A stretch of 64,000 bases of DNA from a bacterium (GTDB lineage Bacteria > Desulfobacterota > Deferrisomatia > Deferrisomatales > BM512): positions 6,138-70,137 of the forward strand of contig SCTA01000040.1 in NCBI GenBank assembly GCA_004322275.1, in the 5' to 3' direction. Made by a program: the position numbers and the translations under genes. The notes under the pieces are model-generated. The model was not told the DNA's origin, did no database searches, and worked only from the letters and a program-made list of their open reading frames with translations. Positions 1 through 8,454 of this stretch are shown here, one piece after another. Numbering within the stretch: the stretch's first letter is position 1; every line of letters starts with the position of its first letter.

Positions 1-1
1 C

Positions 2-997
2 AGAATGGCGGCCATAAACTCCGCTATGGAGATAGACCTGACGGGTCAGGTCTGCTCGGATTCGATCGGCCACCGGTTCTACAGCGGAATAGGCGGGCAG
101 GTGGACTTCATCAGGGGGGCGTCGAGGAGCAAGGGGGGCAAGGCCATAATAGCCATCGCCTCCACCGTGAGGGACGGCGCCAAGTCCACCATTGTCCCCT
201 TCCTGGCCGAGGGCTCCGGCGTGGTCACCACGCGCGGCTCGGTGCGCTACGTCGTCACAGAATGGGGCTACGTAGACCTTCACGGAATGACTATTCGGGA
301 AAGAGTGATGGCGCTTATCGGCATAGCCCACCCGAAGTTCCGGGAATGGCTGCTGGAGGAGGCGAAGCGGCTCCGGTACATCTACCCCGATCAAAAACTG
401 CCCGTCAGTTCCGAATACCCGGAGGATCTGGAAGACTGGGGGGTCTTCCGGCAGAAGAAGATTCATTTTCGCCCGATTCACCCCACCGACGAAAGGTATC
501 TCAAGGATTTCTTCTACAGCCTCTCCGACGAATCGGTCTATATGCGCTACTTCTCCCACGTCCGCCTGATGCCCCACGAAAAATTGCAGGAGGAAGCCAA
601 TCTCGATTTTACGAACAAACTCACGATAGTCGCCATGACAGTAGACGGTGAGACGGAAGAGATGGTGGGAGTCGGCCAGTACGGCCTCGACCCGGCGACC
701 AACGGCGGCGAAGTCTCGCTCAGCATCCGGGACAACTGGCAAGGCATGGGGATAGGAAGAAGGCTTCTGGGAATGCTGATCGAGGCGGGGCTCAGGCGCG
801 GACTTGCCGAACTGACGGGTTACGTGCTCCCCGCCAACCGCAAGATGCTCCAGCTTTTTTTGTCCTTCGGCTTTAACTCCCGTTACGATTCAAACGAAGA
901 GGCCTACATCCTTCATCTGGATATGGAGGAATACCGCAACCGCGGACAGAAGCCGAAAGTACCCGCCTCGCCCACTCCTATCGTAAAGGAAGAATAA
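2..997 (+). CDS. Acetyl-CoA hydrolase/transferase C-terminal domain fused to a GNAT acetyltransferase domain (5' end outside window)
   Basis: The reading frame is open to the window start. The first ~130 aa (GGQVDFIRGA, VVTTRGSVRYVVTEWG, IAHPKFREWL) look like the C-terminal domain of the acetyl-CoA hydrolase / 4-hydroxybutyrate CoA-transferase family. The C-terminal ~140 aa carries a GNAT acetyl-CoA loop (WQGMGIGRRLL). Confidence 0.8.
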   Translation, partial: RMAAINSAMEIDLTGQVCSDSIGHRFYSGIGGQVDFIRGASRSKGGKAIIAIASTVRDGAKSTIVPFLAEGSGVVTTRGSVRYVVTEWGYVDLHGMTIRERVMALIGIAHPKFREWLLEEAKRLRYIYPDQKLPVSSEYPEDLEDWGVFRQKKIHFRPIHPTDERYLKDFFYSLSDESVYMRYFSHVRLMPHEKLQEEANLDFTNKLTIVAMTVDGETEEMVGVGQYGLDPATNGGEVSLSIRDNWQGMGIGRRLLGMLIEAGLRRGLAELTGYVLPANRKMLQLFLSFGFNSRYDSNEEAYILHLDMEEYRNRGQKPKVPASPTPIVKEE

Positions 998-1002
998 CAG
1001 CC

Positions 1003-3591
1003 CTAAAAGAAGGCGCCGAAGATTTTGATGTTGAAGAAGTGATAGTCGAGGGCGGCGGCGAGAAACAGGGTGAGAACCAGCGCCGTAAGGGTATGGACGG
1101 TAAAAGTACCCCTGAACCCCTCCCGCTGCTTGCCGAGGCGGTTGAGCAGAAGAAGCGTCCACAGAAACCCCAGCCAGAGGGCGCTGTGCTGGAAGAGCCG
1201 TATCCACCCTTCGTGCAGTTTCCAGTCTACCGACTTCAGTATGTCCAGCCCCAGCTTCTCACCGATAAGCCGTATCAGCACGTCGCCGAGCTCGAATAAA
1301 AAGTAGAGGTGGTACGACAAAAACCCCATGAAGACGATGGGAAGGTATGCCTGCCCGTATCTCGACAAATGTCTTGTAAACGAATCCTTGTCGGAGAGTT
1401 TGCCGAGAAACGACACGAACAAAAGAGCCAGCACGAACGCGGCCGTGAAGAGGATGAAGAGGAGGGTCATACCGGTAACTACCGGCATCTGCATCTCCCG
1501 CAGCCAGCCTTTTCCCAGAAGCTCGCACCCGAGGGCTCCCATCATCGCGAAGGTGAAGATGCTGAGGTCGGCCTTGCCGCCCGTCTCCCAGATTTCCCTG
1601 CCGGGTATGCGCAGGTTGAGGTTAAGCGAGCGGTGCTGGCAGTTCTTGACGCACGAGCCGCAGAGCTTGCACGAAAGATTTGAGTCCACAGCAGGGGCGA
1701 GGAGGAAGAGAGGGCAGCCCTTGCGCTCGCCGGTGCCGGTGTAGCACTGGTGGCCCGCGCACCTCGCGGTGCAGACGTTCTTGTCGGCGCGAAGCTCGAA
1801 GGGGGAAAGGCGCGCGAAGAGCCCCATCATTCCTCCGAGACCGCAAAAATAGGCGCACCACCCCTGCCTTTCGTAAAAGACGGAGAAGAGAAAGGAGAAA
1901 AGCATCATGCCCGCGAGAAGCCATCCCAGCCGTAGCGGGAAGTTCCTCATCTCGAAGGTCATCTCCATCCACATGATAATCAGCGCCACGGCCATAATCA
2001 CCCAGCCGGAGAATCTTCGCAGCGACTGGGGGAAGAGCCTCTCCTTCTTCTTCGGGAAGAGAAATTTCGCCGCCTCGCCTATGCTTCCCATCGGGCAGAT
2101 GGTGCACCAGAAACGCGCCCAGAAAAAGGAGCCCGCGACCATCAGCGGCCAGCCCAGAGCCCAGCTGTAGACGGAGCCGATGTTGGCTTCGGGTTTTTTG
2201 GGCCCGAAGATGAGAAAGGCGACCAGAATCACGAAAAAGGGCGTCACTGTCCACTGAATGACCGCCGGAAAATACGCGGACCGGAAGAGCTTGTAGATCC
2301 AGTCGAAACGCAGGAGGTCTATCTTGCCCCTCGCCTCGACCTTCCTGAAATCGAGGAAAATATCCTCGGCTTCCAGCACCGGGCCGTTCGCCAGGACTAT
2401 CCCCCGCTTTATCGTCTCCGCCAGTTCCGCGTCGTTGCCCGGCCAGTTGTGATCGAGGAGGACCTTTATCGTCCTGTCGCTGGCGCAAACGGTTTCCTTC
2501 TCAAGCTCTCTGGCGTACTTCTCCAGATAAAAGCAGACGTGGTCGGGAATGTCCTTCTTGCGCTCCCGGAGGGGCGGGATGTGGAAGGAGCGGGTGGAGA
2601 AATACTCCGCCAGCTCGGGAATGAGCCTGCCGTCTTTCTGCAACTCACCGGGGTTGTGGAGAGAGGCGCAGATAAGCCTCGGCCCCGGCTCCCAGGCGCC
2701 CATTATCGCGGCCTGCGAGTATTTCAGGTCTACGATGTGCCGCCAGAGCTTTTTCTGGGCCTCTTCTCCGAGCCTTTCGATTCCGAGAAGGAAAAGGGTT
2801 CCCGCCCGCCCGAGTTCCAGAAGGCCGCTCTTTCTTCTTCCGCTTTCCTCCCAGCCGAAAAGGACCTGCGCCGGGGTGAGAGGCTCTTCCCTGCCGCCGG
2901 GGTAAAGGGATTCTTCGCGGTAGAAGTTTGCGATGAGATAAACCGAGCGGAAGCGGTCGCTGAGGTGGAAGACCGTCCTGCCGAACTGTCTCTTCCCCAC
3001 GCCGCTCTCGCCCCAGACCAGAAGCGAATCCCCCGATCTGGCGAGCCTCTTTATCTCCTCTTCGTTTCGCTTGTAGAACTTTGTCTGGTCGAAGTTGGGA
3101 TGGGAGAGGTCGGAATCCATATCGACCCGTCCGACAATCTCGAAAAGCTCCGAGCGCCGCTCCTCTGTCTGGGCCAGCCTCCCGTCGAGCTTGAGCATCC
3201 GTTTTGCGAGGAGCCGTGACAGGTTCATGGCAAGCGCCGGAGATCGCGCCATCATCGATTCAAGAAATTCGAGGCGGAAAAATACGGCCGTGGAGTCTTC
3301 CTCGGCGACGTAGACGTTGGAGGAAGCCATGTCCATCTCGCCCAGAGCTATCCTTTCGCCGAAGATATCCCCCGGCAAAAAGACGTCCAGCTCTATTTCG
3401 CCGCCGTTCTCCCTGCGGGCTACGAGACGGACCTTGCCCTCTATGAGGACGAAGAGGCCGAGCCCCCCTTCCCTCGGGAAAGGCACCATTTCGCCCTTGG
3501 ACAAGAAGCGCCGCGAGGCCTCGGCGAAAATCTCCGCCATGTGCGCAGGGCCTATGTCCCTGAAGAGTTCGCAGTCCGCCAGACGTTCCAT
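1003..3591 (-). CDS. Fusion protein: cNMP-binding domain + degenerate sigma54-type AAA+ module + polytopic membrane Fe-S (NapH/MauN/NosR-like) domain
   Basis: 862 aa. The N-terminus has a cNMP-binding barrel (GDIFGERIALGE). The middle has bEBP-type AAA+ motifs (Walker A GESGVGKRQ, IPPLRERKKDIP, NWPGNDAEL), but the Walker B DE is absent (GTLFLLGIERL), there is no GAFTGA loop and no C-terminal HTH. The C-terminal ~430 aa is hydrophobic with RFWCTICPMGS, WCAYFCGLG, CTARCAGHQC and CKLCGSCVKNC (CX2CX2CX3C). The ATG at 3591 shares one base with the TAA of the upstream gene. Confidence 0.8.
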   Translation of the reverse strand: MERLADCELFRDIGPAHMAEIFAEASRRFLSKGEMVPFPREGGLGLFVLIEGKVRLVARRENGGEIELDVFLPGDIFGERIALGEMDMASSNVYVAEEDSTAVFFRLEFLESMMARSPALAMNLSRLLAKRMLKLDGRLAQTEERRSELFEIVGRVDMDSDLSHPNFDQTKFYKRNEEEIKRLARSGDSLLVWGESGVGKRQFGRTVFHLSDRFRSVYLIANFYREESLYPGGREEPLTPAQVLFGWEESGRRKSGLLELGRAGTLFLLGIERLGEEAQKKLWRHIVDLKYSQAAIMGAWEPGPRLICASLHNPGELQKDGRLIPELAEYFSTRSFHIPPLRERKKDIPDHVCFYLEKYARELEKETVCASDRTIKVLLDHNWPGNDAELAETIKRGIVLANGPVLEAEDIFLDFRKVEARGKIDLLRFDWIYKLFRSAYFPAVIQWTVTPFFVILVAFLIFGPKKPEANIGSVYSWALGWPLMVAGSFFWARFWCTICPMGSIGEAAKFLFPKKKERLFPQSLRRFSGWVIMAVALIIMWMEMTFEMRNFPLRLGWLLAGMMLFSFLFSVFYERQGWCAYFCGLGGMMGLFARLSPFELRADKNVCTARCAGHQCYTGTGERKGCPLFLLAPAVDSNLSCKLCGSCVKNCQHRSLNLNLRIPGREIWETGGKADLSIFTFAMMGALGCELLGKGWLREMQMPVVTGMTLLFILFTAAFVLALLFVSFLGKLSDKDSFTRHLSRYGQAYLPIVFMGFLSYHLYFLFELGDVLIRLIGEKLGLDILKSVDWKLHEGWIRLFQHSALWLGFLWTLLLLNRLGKQREGFRGTFTVHTLTALVLTLFLAAALDYHFFNIKIFGAFF

Positions 3592-4259
3592 TAGTTGACG
3601 GCCCTTTTAAGGGAACTTTGGCCGGAGGCAAGCTCACAGGCAAGCTCGGCTCCGAGCCTCTTGGCCTCGTCCGCCTGTTCGTGAGTGTGGCCGTAGCGCG
3701 GGAAGTGGTTCTTGATAAGGGGCATTTTCTCCGGGTTTTTGCCCATGAGGACCAGAAAGACACCTATGGAGCGCCAGGGCTCTTTCAGCGGATGAGTGAA
3801 GACCAAAGGTCCTTCCGGTTTCCCCCCCAGGGCGAGTATCGCTTTTTTAAGTTCCCACCAGTGAAGTTTCCAATAGCTCCGGCAGGAGATGAGAGGGATT
3901 ACGGTTTTACCGCGCAAAATCCATTTCCCCTCCTTGTCTAGCCAGGCGAGCACGGGTCCGCTGGGGTTGAAGGACCAGGTCGGCCCTCCGACAATCACAA
4001 CGTCGGGCTCGAAGGAGGAGGAAGCGCTCTCCAGCACGGGGTCTCGTATCTTGAAAAGCGTTCGGAACATCATCCAGGCGGTCATCAGTACAGAGGGAAA
4101 GGGGAAGGGAATCTTTTTTACAGGGTGCAGGCGAAGAACGGATACCGATCCGCCCGCCTCGGCGAAACCGTCGGCGAAAGCGCGAACCAATTTTGTAGTC
4201 TGTCCGCTCAGAGAGTAATAAACGCAGAGAGCCTTGGGCTTTGGCGTTTTGGCCTGCAT
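3591..4259 (-). CDS. Flavodoxin-like fold protein
   Basis: The N-terminus ALCVYYSLSGQTTKLVRAFADG resembles the flavodoxin-like FMN/phosphate loop. Its stop overlaps the start of the downstream 862-aa gene. The exact family was not recognised. Confidence 0.55.
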   Translation of the reverse strand: MQAKTPKPKALCVYYSLSGQTTKLVRAFADGFAEAGGSVSVLRLHPVKKIPFPFPSVLMTAWMMFRTLFKIRDPVLESASSSFEPDVVIVGGPTWSFNPSGPVLAWLDKEGKWILRGKTVIPLISCRSYWKLHWWELKKAILALGGKPEGPLVFTHPLKEPWRSIGVFLVLMGKNPEKMPLIKNHFPRYGHTHEQADEAKRLGAELACELASGQSSLKRAVN

Positions 4260-4470
4260 TATGTAAGGGCTTTCAGGTCCGGCGACGTGTTTTTTAAATT
4301 TATTGGGCTGGCAAAAGCATTATTCACGCCGTTAATATAATACCTGAAAACCTCTTTTTCAGCCAAAAATTATATTTTTTACATTTTTCTATGAATCGAA
4401 AAACCCTGTATCAGCTTTAATAAAACGTCGTTTAATTACTATTTGTTTTTTCTTGAAATAATATTGATTG

Positions 4471-5481
4471 TCACGCCTCGGAGATGATCTTTTCAAGAAT
4501 GTTGAGCTGGGAGCGGTCGCCGATTGCGACCAGCCTGTCTCCCTCCTCGATAATAGTTTTGGCGCTCGGGTTGAACTCCATGTGACCGCTGCGGCGCTTG
4601 ACGGCCACGATTATTATGTCGAGATCGGAGCGGATTTTGCTGTCTACGAGTGATTTTCCCGCGAGATTCGACAGCATCGGGACGAGTATCTCCTCCATCT
4701 GGAGGCCGAGACTCTCGGACTGGGTGGCGAGCTCGATAAAATCTATGACGGCGGGCCGGAGGGCGGCCATCGCCATCCTGGTGCCCCCGATGATGTAAGG
4801 CGATATCACCTTGTCCGCTCCGGCGCGCTGCAGTTTCAGCCTCGACCTCTCCTCCTCGTAGCGCGCGATTATAAAGAGCTTTGGATTCATCTCGCGGGCC
4901 GAGAGGGTTATGAAGAGGTTTTCCGCGTCGGTCTGGAGGACGGTTATAAGTCCCTTGGCCCTTTCAATCCCCGCCTCTCTGAGTATCAGGTCTTCGGTCG
5001 CGTCGCCGAGTATCACCGGAAAGTCGGGGGGGAGCTTTCTTACCGCCCCCTCGTCCCGCTCGATGGCGACGAAAGGCATCGGCCTCTTTTCAAACTCGTC
5101 AGCTATCAGCCTGCCTATCCTGCCGAGTCCGCATATTATGTAATGGTCGGAAAGTTTTTTAATCTTAGACATCGTCCTTCTTCTCCCGAGGGCTTTTTGT
5201 ATCTCGCCCTCGATGATCATCCGGCTGAAAGTGCGGAGCCAGTAGGTGCCGACGGTTATACCGAGGAGTATGTAGAAGATTACGAACACCCTGCCGGAGG
5301 GGGACATAGGCTTCGGCTCGCCGAAACCCACCGTGGAGAGTGTTATAATAGTCATGTAAAAGGAGTCCACGAAGCTCCACCCCTCGATGAGGCGAAACCC
5401 CGTCGCGCCTATGACCACGAGGGCGATAAGCGCACAAAGCATATAGATAAGCGCGTTTTGCGGCTTGGAGGACCAGGGCAT
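4471..5481 (-). CDS. Potassium channel with cytoplasmic RCK (TrkA-N/TrkA-C) domains
   Basis: Two N-terminal TM helices flank the selectivity filter TLSTVGFGE. There is a Rossmann motif ICGLGRIGR and a C-terminal TrkA-C-like segment. Confidence 0.9.
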   Translation of the reverse strand: MPWSSKPQNALIYMLCALIALVVIGATGFRLIEGWSFVDSFYMTIITLSTVGFGEPKPMSPSGRVFVIFYILLGITVGTYWLRTFSRMIIEGEIQKALGRRRTMSKIKKLSDHYIICGLGRIGRLIADEFEKRPMPFVAIERDEGAVRKLPPDFPVILGDATEDLILREAGIERAKGLITVLQTDAENLFITLSAREMNPKLFIIARYEEERSRLKLQRAGADKVISPYIIGGTRMAMAALRPAVIDFIELATQSESLGLQMEEILVPMLSNLAGKSLVDSKIRSDLDIIIVAVKRRSGHMEFNPSAKTIIEEGDRLVAIGDRSQLNILEKIISEA

Positions 5482-5495
5482 CTTTTACGCTCCGG

Positions 5496-5524
5496 TTGAC
5501 GTAACCATGATTTAAGAATAGATT
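5496..5524 (+). promoter_or_regulatory. Sigma70-like promoter upstream of the DEAD-box helicase gene
   Basis: TTGACG (5496-5501), a 17-nt spacer, then TAGATT (5519-5524), about 55 nt upstream of the ATG at 5579. This is pattern match only. Confidence 0.4.
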
Positions 5525-5578
5525 CTCTTTGGTTTATTTCAAAACGGCAACATTAATTACTCAAGAAAAGTCCACTAA

Positions 5579-6934
5579 ATGAAATTATCGGAAATCAAGT
5601 TTTCAGACCTGGAAATTACGGACCCCCTCCTCAACGCCGTCACCGCCTGCGGTTTTGAACACCTCACCGAGGTGCAGGCCCTCACGATTCCCACGACCCT
5701 TAAGGGGAAAGACCTCGCGGTCCAGTCGCAGACCGGTTCGGGCAAGACCATCGCCTTTCTGGTGCCGATCTTCGACAGGCTCCTTCGCACCGAGAAGAGA
5801 AAATCGATCGGCGTCTGCCCCAGGGCGATAGTCATCACCCCTACCCGCGAACTCGCCGTTCAGGTCGCGAAGGACGCCCAGATGCTGGTCGACGGCGGCC
5901 ACCTCCCCTTCCGCATCCTGCTCGCCTACGGCGGAGTAGACTATGCGAAGCAGCGGGAAGACATACGGCAGGGGGTAGACCTCCTCGTCGGAACGCCGGG
6001 AAGGCTCATCGACTACCTCAAGCAGAGGGTCTTCAACCTCGCTTCGGTGGAGATCGCCGTCATCGACGAAGCGGACCGCATGTTCGACATGGGGTTCGTC
6101 GCCGACATCAGGTTTCTTCTCAAGAGGATGAGCAAGTACGACGAGCGCCAGTCGATGCTTTTCAGCGCGACCCTCAGCGACAGGGTGATGGAACTCAGCT
6201 ACGAGTACATGAACGTCCCCGAACTGGTCGAGGTCACCCCTGAGAAGGTCGTGGCGGACCGCGTGGAGCAGATACTCTACCATCTCGGCTCCGACGAGAA
6301 ACTGAGCTACCTCATCGGCCTTTTGTCGAAGGGGGATATGTCGAAGGTAGTCCTCTTCGTAAACACCAAGCATCAGGCCGAGAAGGTCGCAAAGACCCTT
6401 ACCCTCAACGGCTACCCGGCTTCCGTCCTCAGCGGCGACGTGCCCCAGAACACACGCCTCAAGGTCCTGAAGCGCTTCTCCGACGGCGATATACAGGTTC
6501 TCGTCGCCACAGACGTAGCTTCGAGAGGTCTTCACATCGAAAACGTCACCCACGTAGTCAACTACGACCTTCCGCAGGACGTAGAGGACTACGTCCACCG
6601 CATCGGGCGCACCGCGCGCGCCGGCAAGAGCGGCAAAGCGATAGCGCTGGCCTGCGAAAACTACGTCTTCATCCTCCCAGAGATCGAGGAGTACATCGGA
6701 CACAAGATACCGGTGGGAGAACTCGACCCGGCGCTCTTTTTGCCCTATAAAAAGCCCCCCTTCGAGCCCCGGAAATTCAGCGGCCCCCCCGGCAGGGGCG
6801 GCGACAGAGGCCGAAGCGGTCCCGGCGGACGCGGCGGCCCCGGAGGTAGGGGCGGCCCCGGAGGCCGAGGAGGCTCCGGCGGGCAGCAGAAGAGAAGCGG
6901 GGGACAGGGACGAAGCGGCGGACGTTCGAGGTAA
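5579..6934 (+). CDS. DEAD-box ATP-dependent RNA helicase with C-terminal RGG-rich tail
   Basis: Q-motif region, Walker A SQTGSGKT, DEAD box VIDEADRM, SAT, and HRIGRTARAG. The last ~55 aa are Gly/Arg repeats (GRGGPGGRGGPGGRGGSGG). Confidence 0.93.
   Translation: MKLSEIKFSDLEITDPLLNAVTACGFEHLTEVQALTIPTTLKGKDLAVQSQTGSGKTIAFLVPIFDRLLRTEKRKSIGVCPRAIVITPTRELAVQVAKDAQMLVDGGHLPFRILLAYGGVDYAKQREDIRQGVDLLVGTPGRLIDYLKQRVFNLASVEIAVIDEADRMFDMGFVADIRFLLKRMSKYDERQSMLFSATLSDRVMELSYEYMNVPELVEVTPEKVVADRVEQILYHLGSDEKLSYLIGLLSKGDMSKVVLFVNTKHQAEKVAKTLTLNGYPASVLSGDVPQNTRLKVLKRFSDGDIQVLVATDVASRGLHIENVTHVVNYDLPQDVEDYVHRIGRTARAGKSGKAIALACENYVFILPEIEEYIGHKIPVGELDPALFLPYKKPPFEPRKFSGPPGRGGDRGRSGPGGRGGPGGRGGPGGRGGSGGQQKRSGGQGRSGGRSR
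6775..6931 (+). repeat. Coding low-complexity GGN/CGN repeat (RGG tail of the helicase)
   Basis: There are reiterated ggcggc/ccggagg units in the DNA, translated as GRGG/PGG repeats. Confidence 0.8.
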
Positions 6935-6953
6935 CCGTAATGACTGAACGTAA

Positions 6954-7622
6954 ATGTTAGCCAGGCGTACTGCCCCAACGGTCAAACGGACAGGATATTC
7001 GGGGCTTTTACCCCTTATCGCGCTGGCGCTCCTTTTCTCGTCCTGTACCTCTGCTTTTAAAAGCCCATACCCTCCGAGGTGGGGCAAGCTTAGACCTTCG
7101 CCGGAAGGAGGCTGCCAAGACGTAAGCGGCTCTTATGACAATGAAGGCAAGGACTCCGGTTTTGAGAATAACATCGGTTCTTCGGGGATGTCGTTTGACT
7201 GGATATTTTTACCGGATACCTTCTATGGGGGGAGGAGCGATTACATAACTTTAGAGATGAAACCTCCATCGCAGCTTATTTACAGGGGCTTCCTGCCCAA
7301 TGGGAAACTGAATTTCGAGAAAAGTGGCCAGTATGAGTGCGTTAACGGGGGTGTAGCGGTCAAAAGCAACAGGATTGATAGGGACTGGGTGAATTCTTTA
7401 AAGCTTTTGGAGATTTTAGGCAAAGAAACCGCGACGTTCACTTTCAGAAAAACCGTCAACGGAGAATTGGCGGTTTCCCTGGAGGGCAAAAAAACCGGTC
7501 TGTTGTGCATTAACGTCGGCTGTTGCGGAATGCCCATCGGAACAATGTCTCAAGAACGCGAAAGATGGTATCTCTTCAAGCCAGCAAATCGACTTAAGGT
7601 ACAAAAACCAGGACTTCCTTAA
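6954..7622 (+). CDS. Hypothetical lipoprotein (lower G+C than surroundings)
   Basis: It has a signal peptide with lipobox LLFSSC. No family was recognised. Two 60-nt lines inside the gene count 47% and 42% G+C. Confidence 0.55.
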   Translation: MLARRTAPTVKRTGYSGLLPLIALALLFSSCTSAFKSPYPPRWGKLRPSPEGGCQDVSGSYDNEGKDSGFENNIGSSGMSFDWIFLPDTFYGGRSDYITLEMKPPSQLIYRGFLPNGKLNFEKSGQYECVNGGVAVKSNRIDRDWVNSLKLLEILGKETATFTFRKTVNGELAVSLEGKKTGLLCINVGCCGMPIGTMSQERERWYLFKPANRLKVQKPGLP

Positions 7623-7635
7623 CTGTTCGCCCATC

Positions 7636-8454
7636 CTACGATTCTACGATATTTTCGACCCTGAATATCTCGTTCGCAAGCCGTATCCACTGCGCCGAGT
7701 CCAACTCCTCCGGCCTTTCCGTTCCCTTCAGCCCCACCCTTTGCAGAACCTCGTCCCCTTCCCCGAGACGGTCCCTGAGGCAGTTTCTGAGCATCTTTCG
7801 CCTGTGCTGGAAGCTCTCTCCGACGATCGACCAGAGGGTCTCCTCGTCGTCGATGGGAAGCACGGTCTTCGAGAGAGGGTCGAGGCGTATCACGGCGGAT
7901 TCTACCTTCGGCGGAGGCCGGAAAGCGCCCGGAGGAACCTTCATAATTACTTTAACGTCGCAGAATATCTGGGCGAGCACGCTTAGGTTTCCGCGCACCC
8001 TGCCGCCCGGCCCGGCGGCAATCCTCTGGGCCACCTCTTTCTGGAACATGAGAGTCATCGACTTGAAGGCGCGGCGCTCTTTGAGCAGCAGAGCGAGGAG
8101 GGGGCCGGAGATGTTGTAGGGAAGATTGGCGACAAGCCGGAAGGGTTCCCCGGCGGATTTTGCGAGTTCTATGTAATCCGTCTTGAGGGCGTCGCCCTCG
8201 ATTATCTCCACCCCCTCGAAGCCGCCTTCCCGGAGGTGCTCGATCATCCGCCGGTCGGTCTCCACGGCCCAGACCCGCGCCCCGGCGTCGAGGAGCGCCC
8301 TTGTAAGTCCTCCCGGCCCCGGCCCTATCTCCAGCACCGCCTCGCCGGGAATTACCCCGGCCAGCCTTACGATTTTACCGAGAATGTTCTTGTCGAAGAG
8401 GAAGTGCTGACCGAGGGACTTTTTGGGCGAGGGAGCGAGTGGCGCAGCGCTCAT
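7636..8454 (-). CDS. rsmA: 16S rRNA (adenine1518/adenine1519-N6)-dimethyltransferase
   Basis: SLGQHFL and EIGPGPGGLT motifs of KsgA/RsmA. The track ORF is trimmed to the ATG at 8454 (MSAAPLAP...), which overlaps the tsaD stop as ATGA. The 67 upstream codons are Arg/Pro-rich and lie inside tsaD. Confidence 0.9.
   Translation of the reverse strand: MSAAPLAPSPKKSLGQHFLFDKNILGKIVRLAGVIPGEAVLEIGPGPGGLTRALLDAGARVWAVETDRRMIEHLREGGFEGVEIIEGDALKTDYIELAKSAGEPFRLVANLPYNISGPLLALLLKERRAFKSMTLMFQKEVAQRIAAGPGGRVRGNLSVLAQIFCDVKVIMKVPPGAFRPPPKVESAVIRLDPLSKTVLPIDDEETLWSIVGESFQHRRKMLRNCLRDRLGEGDEVLQRVGLKGTERPEELDSAQWIRLANEIFRVENIVES

Noticed and set aside
4260-4470. An AT-rich 210-bp spacer lies upstream of the flavodoxin-like / 862-aa gene pair. 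I examined it for a sigma54 promoter, riboswitch or small RNA.
   Set aside because: I found only weak matches (for example CTGGCAAAAGCATTAT on the wrong strand) and no convincing -24/-12 or -35/-10 pair or conserved RNA motif by eye. It is probably a promoter/UP-element region, but I cannot support a specific call.
5603-7087. A 494-aa ORF lies antisense to the DEAD-box helicase gene. Similar long antisense or alternative-frame ORFs occur elsewhere (13229..14590, 53668..54915, 9778..11013, 25551..26606, 60634..61704, 55858..57015, 52393..53457).
   Set aside because: They fully overlap genes with strong motif support, and their translations are Arg/Gly/Pro/Ala-rich with no recognisable domains. 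Long stop-free antisense frames are expected in G+C-rich DNA.
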